Assembly (NCBI GenBank): GCA_965205265.1
Contig: CBDBGH010000003.1
Span: 3,680,001 to 3,744,000 of the forward strand
Origin: Alphaproteobacteria bacterium
GTDB lineage: Bacteria > Pseudomonadota > Alphaproteobacteria > Bin95
Length of the DNA: 64,000 nt
Direction of reading: 5' to 3'
Shown: in pieces, positions 40,886-49,966 of the stretch
How positions within the stretch are numbered: the first letter of the stretch is position 1
Layout of the letters: each line of letters opens with the position of its first letter
Program-made: the position numbers and the translations under genes
Notes under the pieces: model-generated
Told to the model about the DNA's origin: nothing
What the model saw: only the letters and a program-made list of their open reading frames with translations
Database searches by the model: none

Positions 40886-41153
40886 GGCATGGTAGTCGAG
40901 CTGAAGAAGCTCCATACTCCAATCGAAATCATAAGAACTTTGAAGCTAGGACGCTACACTGCAACGCGCTTCATCGAAATCCCGGTTCGCTCGCTGACTG
41001 GCCGGGACAGGGCCTGAGGCGTGACGCTGGGGCCTTTGGCAGCCCCGGTCATGCTCAGGCCGGACGGAGCGTATGCGGTGCGAGCGCCCCACCTTCATAC
41101 AGGCCTGGTGATGTGGGAGTTAGGGTTCGGAATGAGACGAAGGGAATTTCTCA

Positions 41154-41552
41154 TTGGAGCCCTCAGCAGAGCTTCTCACCAACGCCAGGGTTGAAGTGTT
41201 GCCGGCGCGTGGCGGCTTTCGCCGTCGCTGGCCGGCTTCGGTGAAAGCGCGGATTGTTGCCGAGACACTGGAGGAAGGCGCGACGGTCGCCGGGGTAGCG
41301 CGTCGCTACGAGATCAACTCGAACCAGCTGTCGGAATGGCGCCGCCAGGCACGGAAGGGCCTTCTGGTGTTGCCTGCGGAGGGCGAGATGGGTTTTGCTC
41401 CGGTGGTCTTGCGTCAGGATGAGCGCCGGGTTCCCGCTGCGGGCAGCGACCGCCTGGAAGTGATCCAGGACCGGGTGACGCTCCGTCTGGACGCCGCGAC
41501 ACCGGCTTGCCGGATCGCCGAGATCGTGTCGGCGTTGAACGCATCGGTATGA
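41154..41552 (+). CDS. tnpA: IS66 accessory protein TnpA
   Basis: RRRWPASVKARIVAET...VARRYEINSNQLSEWRR. Confidence 0.9.
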   Translation: MEPSAELLTNARVEVLPARGGFRRRWPASVKARIVAETLEEGATVAGVARRYEINSNQLSEWRRQARKGLLVLPAEGEMGFAPVVLRQDERRVPAAGSDRLEVIQDRVTLRLDAATPACRIAEIVSALNASV

Positions 41553-41902
41553 TCTTCCCATCGAACCGGGTCCGGATCGTGGTTGCGACGAAGCCCGTGG
41601 ACTTCAGGAAGCAGCACGACGGCCTTGTTGCGCATGTGAAGAGCGTATTGCGCAAGGACCCGTTCACGGGAACGGTCTTCGCGTTCCGTACGAAACGAGC
41701 TGACAGGCTGAAGCTGATCTACTGGGACGGGACCGGCCTGGTGATGGTCTACAAGCGTCTGGAGGACCAGGGCTTTGTCTGGCCGGCGATCCGCGACGGG
41801 GTGATGTCGCTGAGCCATGCGCAGTTCGAGGCGCTGTTCTCCGGGCTGGACTGGCGCCGTGTGCGAGCGCTGTCGGCACGGCGCCCGGCTGAGGCCGAAT
41901 GA
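41549..41902 (+). CDS. tnpB: IS66 accessory protein TnpB
   Basis: PVDFRKQHDGL and LKLIYWDGTG; ATGA overlap with tnpA. Confidence 0.93.
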   Translation: MIFPSNRVRIVVATKPVDFRKQHDGLVAHVKSVLRKDPFTGTVFAFRTKRADRLKLIYWDGTGLVMVYKRLEDQGFVWPAIRDGVMSLSHAQFEALFSGLDWRRVRALSARRPAEAE

Positions 41903-41957
41903 CTCACTGGGCGGATCGGGGCGTGCCGCGTCCCGACACTGTGCTACCAGACTGGCC

Positions 41958-43601
41958 ATGCCGGCCCTTGCGGAGATCGACCTCGGAACGCTGACGCCCG
42001 AACAGCGGGAAGCGGCGGTGCAGGCAATCGCGGCGCTGGAGGTGCTTCGCGCCGAGAACGAGACGCTGGCGGAAGAGAAGGCCTGTCTCGCGGGCGAGAA
42101 CGAAGTTCTGACGGACCGCAACGGGGCTCAGGCGGAGCGCATCCGCCGTCTCGAACATCTGAACCTCGAACTGATCCGCCTTCTGTATGGCAAGAGGTCG
42201 GAGAAGCTGTCGGCGGACGAGCGCCAGCTGGCGTTCGAGGACCTTGAGGGCGCGGCGGCGGAGATCGAAGCAGCGGCCGCGCCGGAAGATCCGACGCCGG
42301 CCCAATCGCCGAAGCGTCCTCGCCCGGCGCGCAATATCGGCCACTTGCCGGAGCATCTGGAGCGGATCGAGCAGGTGGTCGAGCCGGAGAGCACGCTCTG
42401 CCCCTGCGGCTGCGGGGAGATGGTGAAGATTGGCGAGGATCGCACGGAGCGCCTGGACATCGTGCCGGCGCAGCTTCGGGTGATCGTCACGGTGCGGCCG
42501 AAATACGCCTGCCGGGCCTGCGAACAGGGCGTCACCCAGGCGCCGGCGCCGGCCCGGCTGATCGAGGGCGGGTTGCCGACCGAAGGCGCGATCGCCCATG
42601 TGCTCGTCTCCAAATACCTGGACCATTGCCCGTTGCACCGGCAGGCGCAGGTCTATGCCCGTTCCGGCCTCGATCTGGACCGCTCGACGCTGGCCGGCTG
42701 GGTCGGCAGGGCGTCATTCCATCTGAAACCGGTGGCCGACCGGCTGGCGGAGCATCTCAAGCGCTCTTCGAAGCTGTTCATGGACGAGACGCGGGCGCCG
42801 GTGCTCGATCCGGGCCGCGGCAGGACCAAGACCGGCTGGCTGTGGGCGCTGGCCCGCGACGACCGTGCCTGGAGCGGACCCGACCCGCCGGGCGTTGTGT
42901 ACTTCTATGCGCCCGGGCGCGGCGGTGAATATGCCGAGCGCTTCCTCGACGGCTTCGATGGTATCCTCCAGGTGGATGGCTATGCCGGCTACAACCGGCT
43001 GACTGGACCGAGCCGCAAGGGCGGCGCGCCGATACGGCTGGCTTACTGCTGGTCCCACGCGAGGCGCCGGCTCCGCGAGATCTACGACAGCAGCGGCTCC
43101 GAGATCGCGGCAGAGGGCCTGCGCCGGATCGCCGAGCTCTACGCCATCGAGGCCGACATCCGCGGCAGCCCGCCCGAGCAACGTCTCGCAGAACGACACG
43201 CGCGCTCCGCGCCCCTGGTCGAGGCCTTCGGCGACTGGCTGAAGCAGCAGCGCGCCCGCATCTCGCCCAAGTCCCGCCTCGGCGAGAAGCTCGCCTATAT
43301 CGCCCGTCACTGGGACGGCCTCCGGCTGTTCCTCGCCGACGGCCGCGTCGAGATGGACAGCAATGCCGTCGAGAACCTCGCCCGGCCGATTGCCCTTACA
43401 AGGAAAAACGCGCTCTTCGCGGGTCACGACGAAGGCGCAGTCGCCTGGGGCCGGATCGCTTCACTCACCCAGACCGCCAGGTTGAACGGGGTCGAGCCCT
43501 ACGCCTGGCTCAAGGCCACCCTCGAAGCCATCGCGGTCGGCCATCCCAACGACCGCATCGACGACCTGCTCCCGTGGAACTTCAAGCCGTCGTCAAGCTG
43601 A
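41958..43601 (+). CDS. tnpC: IS66 transposase TnpC
   Basis: YGKRSEKL, CPCGCG, FMDET, QVDGYAGY, CWSHARR and DSNAVE. Confidence 0.95.
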   Translation: MPALAEIDLGTLTPEQREAAVQAIAALEVLRAENETLAEEKACLAGENEVLTDRNGAQAERIRRLEHLNLELIRLLYGKRSEKLSADERQLAFEDLEGAAAEIEAAAAPEDPTPAQSPKRPRPARNIGHLPEHLERIEQVVEPESTLCPCGCGEMVKIGEDRTERLDIVPAQLRVIVTVRPKYACRACEQGVTQAPAPARLIEGGLPTEGAIAHVLVSKYLDHCPLHRQAQVYARSGLDLDRSTLAGWVGRASFHLKPVADRLAEHLKRSSKLFMDETRAPVLDPGRGRTKTGWLWALARDDRAWSGPDPPGVVYFYAPGRGGEYAERFLDGFDGILQVDGYAGYNRLTGPSRKGGAPIRLAYCWSHARRRLREIYDSSGSEIAAEGLRRIAELYAIEADIRGSPPEQRLAERHARSAPLVEAFGDWLKQQRARISPKSRLGEKLAYIARHWDGLRLFLADGRVEMDSNAVENLARPIALTRKNALFAGHDEGAVAWGRIASLTQTARLNGVEPYAWLKATLEAIAVGHPNDRIDDLLPWNFKPSSS

Positions 43602-43630
43602 AATCCGGGTGACCCGCCCGCATCGCTTAC

Positions 43631-43769
43631 GCTCGTTCCAGACATACCCGCCGTCATATGTGCCTCCCTCGGTATCGGCCCCGACAACCATCCCGGTATC
43701 CAAAGCCAAAATTCCGCTTCCGAAGCCCACCTCTCCTTGAAATTCCAATCTGTAAAAGCCCTCTCGCAT
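43631..43769 (-). pseudogene. GrlR-like protein N-terminus, truncated by IS66
   Basis: MREGFYRLEFQGEVGFGSGILALDTGMVVGAD...YDGGY runs into the IS66 end. Confidence 0.6.
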
Positions 43770-43973
43770 CAGAACCGCCTTCCAGTTTGTCGCCACGAAA
43801 CATTCAGCGTCCAATTACAGGGCGAGGCTCTAAAGCGCCATAGCCGAGCAGTGAGCCATTGAGTAAGCACCTTGTCTCTTGCCTTCACGCTTCCTGCTGG
43901 CGAACAACTTGCCTCTGGGTATTCGATCATGACGGATCGTATTGTTTCCCGCACTAGCTCACTAGGGTAAGCG

Positions 43974-44385
43974 TTAGCAGGCTGCGGAAGAACGCGGTAA
44001 GTCGAGGTCCTTATGAGCCCTGTCAGCGTGAACGTGTCGATGGGGTCGATTTCTTCGGAGGGAATGAGCCGGCGGATTTCGTCGCAGCGGTGCGGCACTG
44101 CGGACCCCCGCCTTCGCGAGGGCAGGCGGGAAGCCTTGTCGGCCCCGGCGCCGGTGTGACGGAGCGCCCAACGGCGGTCCTGCGCCGGGTCCCGGCGGTC
44201 CTGCGGCAGCCTTCAAGAGCTTCGGCAGGCGGATCAGATCGTAGGCGGCCAGCGCCAGGGTGGACTGCCAGTCAACCCGAGCCAGGCCGCGATGCCGGGT
44301 CTTCGAGAAGCGCGCCACCGTCTTCACCCAGCCGAAGACCTCCTCGATCCGTTTGCGGTGAACCTGGCTGGCTTGATACCCCTCG
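43974..44385 (-). mobile_element. IS5-family remnant (transposase C-terminus plus right end)
   Basis: GYQASQVHRKRIEEVFGWVKTVA...RHRGLARVDW...AAYDLIRLPKLL; end motif TTCTTCCGCAGCCTGCTAA. Confidence 0.8.
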
Positions 44386-44389
44386 CTCG

Positions 44390-44658
44390 CCGCCCTGCAC
44401 GGTATTGAGAACGTGCTTCACACGAGGACGGAACTGATTCTCCAAGCCGGCCAGGACCCCCGACTCCAACGATTCCCCGATTTCCTTCGCCGCGTAGTAG
44501 TCCCTTCTTCTGAAGACATTCCTCGCCCTGCTCCTGAAGCACGTCCTCGGATTCACGCGTGCAACATGAAGCATGCCCTCTCGGTCCGTGAACTCCTCCA
44601 GAAGCCATCTGGGGAGCGTGTGGTGCTGTATGCGCGATACCAGGGCGGGCACACCCAA
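44390..44658 (-). pseudogene. DUF4238-like N-terminal fragment
   Basis: IQHHTLPRWLLEEF...NVFRRRDYY...LE, cut where the IS5 remnant begins. Confidence 0.55.
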
Positions 44659-44923
44659 TGCCGCGCTCAGGTCCGACAGCAGGATGCCCGCACATGGATG
44701 CCAGACCCCCGCAAACCCACACCCGGAGCGACCCCGAAGCGGCGCGCCGGAGATACTGGAACATCGTGGTCCCGCTGCTCCTCATACAGGCCGCCCAAAA
44801 CGAAGAGCGCCGAAGTCGCCTCGCCGCAGCCCGGCAACTGCGCGGCACCGATCGGAACCGCGAACGTCCCGGAGGCGGGACGCGCAGCAAGACAATGGAA
44901 GCCTGAAACCCGGCGCCTGCCGG

Positions 44924-45589
44924 CTATGGCTGTGCGAGCCCCAACAATACGGCGCCCGGCGCCTGCCGGCGCAAGTCGGCCAGGGTCCGGCCCGTCTGGC
45001 GCCCGTCCACCGCGACACCGCCGCGGTCGAGCTTCGGGCATTTGTCGAGCGCGACCTGCGGCCACTTCGCCTGGAACCAGCCCTCGTTCCAGTCGAGCCA
45101 GGCCTTGCCCTTGACCGGCCGGAACCGCCACAGCAGGCGGCCCGTGCCCGGATCGTAATGGATCACCGTCGGGTTGATGCGGAGACGGTTTTCAGCACGG
45201 CCACGGTCCGCCGACGCAAACAATTTCCCCCGCCCGCGGCTGTCGGCGGCAACGCTCCAGTCTCCGTTCTGGAGCCAAGCCTTGCCCTTGCCGTTGACGG
45301 CGCAGCCGGCCCAGCGGCCGGCTTCATCGAACCGCCGCACCAAGAGAAACCCGCGAGCGCGCCCCGCCTTGCGCTCCGTGACCTGCACCGGGCCCGACAG
45401 GAGGCCACGCAACTGCTCCGGCGAGAAGCGGCCGGCTTCCTCCGCGGGAACCGGAGACTGTGCTTGGGTCGCCAGCGGTCCGGCTTCCCTGGCGGGAGCT
45501 TGTGTCTGCGCCAGCGCCGGGCCTGACAGTGCCAGCACCGCAATCAGGGCCAGACCGGCCGCAGGCCCGCGTCTCAGTGCATTCAGCAT
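44924..45589 (-). CDS. Hypothetical secreted protein
   Basis: Signal peptide ending ALA/Q; GGAG RBS. Confidence 0.65.
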   Translation of the reverse strand: MLNALRRGPAAGLALIAVLALSGPALAQTQAPAREAGPLATQAQSPVPAEEAGRFSPEQLRGLLSGPVQVTERKAGRARGFLLVRRFDEAGRWAGCAVNGKGKAWLQNGDWSVAADSRGRGKLFASADRGRAENRLRINPTVIHYDPGTGRLLWRFRPVKGKAWLDWNEGWFQAKWPQVALDKCPKLDRGGVAVDGRQTGRTLADLRRQAPGAVLLGLAQP

Positions 45590-45714
45590 GTTGGCTCCCT
45601 CTTGCATGGGCACCCCCGGTCGCCGTCGCTCGAAACCTCGGCGCCCGGCACGGCGCGAAGGTCCTTACCGCCTGCCTCCGAATGCGTCGGTCGGACCGGC
45701 CCGGCGCAGGCCGC

Positions 45715-46017
45715 TCAGGACGCGCGCCACCATGCCTTCCGCCGTCCGTCGCGGATGTGCTTCATGCCGAACCGGATGGCCACAATGCCCCCCAGTATGA
45801 GAAGCAGGGTCAGAAGGTCGGAATTCGAGCCGGTGCTGTAACCCGAAAACAGGTAAGCGACTCCGATCAGGGCCGCGGGAACGCCGAAAACCAGGCACGC
45901 AACGCCCCTTATGGCGCGTCCCACATGCCGGGTATAGACGGCGCCGCAGGCGCGGCATACCTCATACGCGCCCACCTCGGTCCCGCAATGACCGCAGACA
46001 TTGCTCTCCGTATTCAC
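45715..46017 (-). CDS. Hypothetical Zn-ribbon plus two-TM membrane protein
   Basis: CGHC...CRAC followed by two hydrophobic helices. Confidence 0.7.
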   Translation of the reverse strand: MNTESNVCGHCGTEVGAYEVCRACGAVYTRHVGRAIRGVACLVFGVPAALIGVAYLFSGYSTGSNSDLLTLLLILGGIVAIRFGMKHIRDGRRKAWWRAS

Positions 46018-46032
46018 GTTGCTTCCTCCGCC

Positions 46033-46728
46033 TCACATGTCATAAAGCGCTTTACAGCGTTCGCGATGCCGGAGCCGTAACTTCTCCATGATCTCCGGAT
46101 TATCGCTATGCGGGCCTTCATATGCCTCTTCGTATATTTTTCTGCGGGTCTCTTCCGGTTTGGCGATGGCAGCCTTGTAGGCGTCATCGATTTCCTTGTT
46201 CGCCCTGATGTATTTTTTCCTTAGCGCTTGGATCTTTGTATCGCGTTCCTTCAGCGCCTGGTCCCGGGTGTCGTAGTAAACATCCTTAACGGCCCGTATC
46301 TCCTTTCCTTCGGCATCATTCAATTTCCTGAGTTTAGCATTGAAATGCTTCTCGAGTTGCTCTCTCTTGTCGCCATAGAGTTGTTCTCTATCGGGAAGGA
46401 GTGCGATGGCTTTGCGTTTTTCAGTTTTCAGTGCATATCTGGCAGCGTTGTATTTTTCTTCTATTGGTGGAATAGCCTTGTATCTGATAGCTGACGCAGG
46501 ACGTTCAACATCTCTATAAGCTGCTCTCGCTTCAGCTTCCCCGGCGCTGATCCTGGAGCCAATGGCATTTCTTTCATTGTAAGCTCTTTCACCTGCTTCT
46601 TCTGTGGCGACCTTGAATTCGCTATCGGCTTCCGCATATTTGACGCAACTTTCCAGACTTGGATCATTTGCCAAAGCCGGAGTAGCGATAGCGGAGACAA
46701 GAGCGGTTGCAAGCAGCAGTGTGCGCAT
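46033..46728 (-). CDS. Hypothetical secreted helical/coiled-coil protein, lower GC
   Basis: Signal peptide ending ALA/N; charged helical body; Cys near both ends. Confidence 0.75.
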   Translation of the reverse strand: MRTLLLATALVSAIATPALANDPSLESCVKYAEADSEFKVATEEAGERAYNERNAIGSRISAGEAEARAAYRDVERPASAIRYKAIPPIEEKYNAARYALKTEKRKAIALLPDREQLYGDKREQLEKHFNAKLRKLNDAEGKEIRAVKDVYYDTRDQALKERDTKIQALRKKYIRANKEIDDAYKAAIAKPEETRRKIYEEAYEGPHSDNPEIMEKLRLRHRERCKALYDM

Positions 46729-46758
46729 GAGTACGCCTTCCCGGTTGATGCAGTGTTG

Positions 46759-46974
46759 TCAGGTGCGGAGGTTCCGGAGCCGTCGGGATTTGCCGGCCGG
46801 CGCATCTGCCGCGACGACGCTGAACGGCTCGAACGCGTCGACGAACCGGAACAGATCCTCGAGCAGCGCGAAGGCCGACGCGAGATCGTCCGGACCCGGC
46901 GCCTCCTGGGCCAGAACGGGACCGTGAAAGCCGATGACCGCCGCGGCAGCCGGAATTCCCGTCGGCATACGCAT
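46759..46974 (-). CDS. Short hypothetical or fragment of an exported protein
   Basis: GGAGG RBS and a signal-like VLA/QE start; weak support. Confidence 0.3.
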   Translation of the reverse strand: MRMPTGIPAAAAVIGFHGPVLAQEAPGPDDLASAFALLEDLFRFVDAFEPFSVVAADAPAGKSRRLRNLRT

Positions 46975-47328
46975 GGGACCCTCCCCCCAGTCGATGCGGA
47001 ACGGTCCCGGCTGGCGCCGGGCCGTTGTCAACATCACACGCGAAGTGGAAGTCCCGCCTATTCGCCGGGCTCGGGTAGCTACTCCCTCGCCGGGTTCGGC
47101 TGTTCTATTCGGCAGGCGACCCGACAGAGCGGGCGCGTGCAATGTTGACGAAGCAAATCTGTCACGGAACGGGACGGGAAGTCGAGTCCCATCCGCGTCT
47201 TTCGGGATTCCCGCAACGGGACGCCTTATCGAGGGAATCTCTTTGCCCGGGACCTTCACCGTCTCCGGGACGGACGGTAGAAGGGATATTCGATCCGAAT
47301 TTCCGTCAAAAGGGAAAAGCGTTTCAGC

Positions 47329-48150
47329 ATGACATATCCGCTTTCAGGACCGGGCGCCGCAACGCGCATTTCGGCGACGGTCAAATGGTACGACCCGGCG
47401 AAAGGCTACGGCTTCCTCATTCCGGACGACGGCTCGCCCGACATCTACTGCCGGGTCTCGGCATTGAGCGCAGTAGGCCTCGACGCCCTTCTACCCGGGG
47501 CGACAATCACCTGCGAGACGGCGCCGGCCGCGCGCGGGCCGGAGGTCTCCCGGATCCTGTCCATCGACTTTTCCACGGCCGAGCCCCGCTCGGTGTCGCT
47601 TGCCCGGCCGGCCGCCAACGGACATCCCGCCGCCGCTTCCGGCGGCCAGGTCCGGGCCATCGTCAAATGGTTCCACACGGACAAGGGCTATGGCTTTCTG
47701 GAGCGCGAGGACGGGTCCGGCGACCTGTTCTGCCACATGACTGTCGTGCAGGCTTCGGGCCGGGATGCGCTCCCGCAGGGCGCGGTGGTTACCTGCGCGA
47801 TCGTCCAGGGAGATCGGGGACCGCAGGTATCCCGGATTTTCTCCGTCGAGGCCCCGATCGGCAGCCCTGGTCCGGCGGACCGCAGTCGGCCGCTGGACCT
47901 GCGGCACCCGGGTCAGCAGACCGACAGTCTCCGGCCGGTGGGCATGGAGTTGCCTGGCAGCGTCAAGTTCTTCGACCCGGAGAGAGGGTTCGGCTTTGTC
48001 GTGCCGGACGAGGGCGATCGCGAGGTGTTCGTCCATTCGAGCGTGCTGTTCCGCTCCGGCATGACCGACCTGGAGCCGGGGCAGCGCGTGTTCGTCCGGG
48101 TGGAAAGCGTGCCCCGCGGGCTCCAGGCGACGCAGATAGAGCCGCTGTGA
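47329..48150 (+). CDS. Cold-shock protein with three tandem CSD domains
   Basis: VKWYDPAKGYGF, VKWFHTDKGYGF and VKFFDPERGFGF...VFVH. Confidence 0.92.
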   Translation: MTYPLSGPGAATRISATVKWYDPAKGYGFLIPDDGSPDIYCRVSALSAVGLDALLPGATITCETAPAARGPEVSRILSIDFSTAEPRSVSLARPAANGHPAAASGGQVRAIVKWFHTDKGYGFLEREDGSGDLFCHMTVVQASGRDALPQGAVVTCAIVQGDRGPQVSRIFSVEAPIGSPGPADRSRPLDLRHPGQQTDSLRPVGMELPGSVKFFDPERGFGFVVPDEGDREVFVHSSVLFRSGMTDLEPGQRVFVRVESVPRGLQATQIEPL

Positions 48151-48174
48151 GCGGTCCGGCCGCTGGATCGGGCC

Positions 48175-48471
48175 ATGGAGAACAGAACCATGAATGAACG
48201 TGACGCGCCGCAGTCGGCCTCTGCGGAGGAGGAAGCCCGGATCGGCGACACGCCGGCGGTTTTCGCGAACAAGGTCTATGTGTCGCCCATGCCGGGCGGG
48301 GCGAAGATCACATTTGCCGAAGCGCAACGGGTGTCCGGGGCGGACCACGCCTCGCCAAGGGTGGCGGTATTCCTGCAACACGCCGATCTCGCTGCGCTGC
48401 GCCGCCTGCTCGACTGGACAGCGGGCGCCGCCGACACGCCGCCGGAGGGCTTCGGCGGCTCGATGCACTGA
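48175..48471 (+). CDS. Hypothetical protein (DUF3467-like)
   Basis: PAVFANKVYV...ITFAE...RVAVFL pattern; starts 24 bp after the CSD gene. Confidence 0.55.
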   Translation: MENRTMNERDAPQSASAEEEARIGDTPAVFANKVYVSPMPGGAKITFAEAQRVSGADHASPRVAVFLQHADLAALRRLLDWTAGAADTPPEGFGGSMH

Positions 48472-48532
48472 ACTGCGCGACGGTCCGACCCTCGAACGCC
48501 GTCGTCGCGCCCATCCCGAACCGGAGCGCTCC

Positions 48533-48818
48533 ATGGCCGACAGCCCGATCCGTGATGACCGGATGTCATTCCTGCTCGTCAGAGCAATGGCCCAGCAATG
48601 TGTGCGCAACACGGCGCTGGAGGACCTTCACGCCGGGCCGATGCCGCTCACCAGAACCGGGGACTGGTCCGACGTGACGGTGGTCGATGCCGAGGGCCGG
48701 CACATACCTTGGCCGGAGGTGTCGCATTTCGGCGACGACGCCATGCGCGAACTCATGCGCGAGATCGTCGACAATCTCTACACTTTCCTGCTCCTCTCCC
48801 GCGAACCCGGCTTCCTGG
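48533..48818 (+). pseudogene. 5' half of a hypothetical gene split by the IS21-family element
   Basis: VRNTALEDLHAG...IPWPEVSH...REPGFL; rejoins in frame with 53965-54347 when the element is removed. Confidence 0.8.
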
Positions 48819-48900
48819 TGTTAGCGACGGTTAGGAAGGGCGTTTATTTGCTGGCGCGGAACGGCCGGTTTGTGCGGCTTGCGAGCAGCGTCGCATGGGT

Positions 48901-49956
48901 TAGAGCAGATTCGTTTCATTTGGGTTCATATCCGCATGCAGTGAAGAAGCTTCGGGCGTCCTGTGGAGTGACAGCATCGATGGCGTCGCGGATCGCATCC
49001 CAGAGCGTATGGACGGAGCGTGCTGCGGCCTTTTTCAGGAGAGCCTTGATTTTGGAGAAGGCCATCTCGATGGGGTTGAAGTCGGGGCTGTAGGGCGGCA
49101 GGAACAGGATGCCGGCGCCTGTGGCCTCGATAGCTTCTCGGATGGCGATGGGCTTGTGGGCCGGCAGATTGTCGAGGATGACGGTGTCGCCTGGCCTCAG
49201 GGTCGGGGCCAGGACCTGTTCGACATAGGCAAGGAAGGCTGCCCCGGTCATCGCCCCATCGATGGTCATGGGGGCGAGGATGCCGTCGAGCGTGAGGCCG
49301 GCGACCAAAGTGGTGGTCTTCCAGTGACCATGGGGGACGGGAGCGCGGCAACGCTCGCCCCTGGGAGCCCGGCCATACATGCGGGCCATCTTGGTCGAGG
49401 TCCCGCTTTCGTCGATGAAGATCAGGCGCTCGGGGTCGAGCCCGGGCTGGTCTTCGAACCAGGCCTGACGCCGGCGTGCGACGTCCGGTCGGTCCTGCTC
49501 GGCAGCATGGGCCGTCTTTTTTTGCGCGTGATGCCGCGACGCTTGAAGAACCCATGCACCACGCTGGGCGGCGGCCGGTAGCCGACCGCCTCCTCAAGCC
49601 TGGCCGCGATCTCCTGGAGGGTCAGGTCGGGCTCCACCTCAACCCACCCCATGATCAGATCGCCGTGACCCTCAATGCGCCCTGGACGGCTACCGCCGCG
49701 TGGCTTCGGCGAGAGGTCGCCTGTCAGGCGCGATTGGCTCACCCAGCGGATCGCAGACGACACCCCGACGCCAAAACGCGCCGCAGCCTGCCGACGCGAC
49801 ATCCCGGACTCAACCGCTGCAACCACGCGCCGACGAAGATCAACAGAAAGAGACTGCGCCATGCGAGCTGGCCTCCTTCACCAGCCCCCATCGTGAATCA
49901 CATAATCCGCCAATTGGGAATCCCTCAACGATTCAATCGCCCGCGAATTCGCTCTA
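48901..49956 (-). mobile_element. IS630-family element
   Basis: Inverted repeats TAGAGCAGATTCG / CGAATTCGCTCTA, TA at both ends. Confidence 0.92.
48916..49862 (-). CDS. IS630 transposase (orfA/orfB joined by a -1 frameshift)
   Basis: [13 protein letters not shown]; A AAA AAG slippery run at 49516-49523; [10 protein letters not shown] and [12 protein letters not shown]. Confidence 0.9.
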
Positions 49957-49966
49957 GGTGTTGCGT

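Larger units (their letters stand above)
41071..43630 (+). mobile_element. IS66-family element
   Basis: Ends GTATGCGGTGCGAGCG... and ...CCCGCATCGCTTAC (17/23 match); tnpA-B-C present; no 8-bp target duplication. Confidence 0.92.

Noticed and set aside
43769-44098. 109-aa hypothetical gene
   Set aside because: Its 5' third lies in the IS5 end and no family is recognisable; at most a truncated remnant.
44658-44906. Possible relaxase/Mob C-terminal tail
   Set aside because: No relaxase motifs, and too short to support a call.
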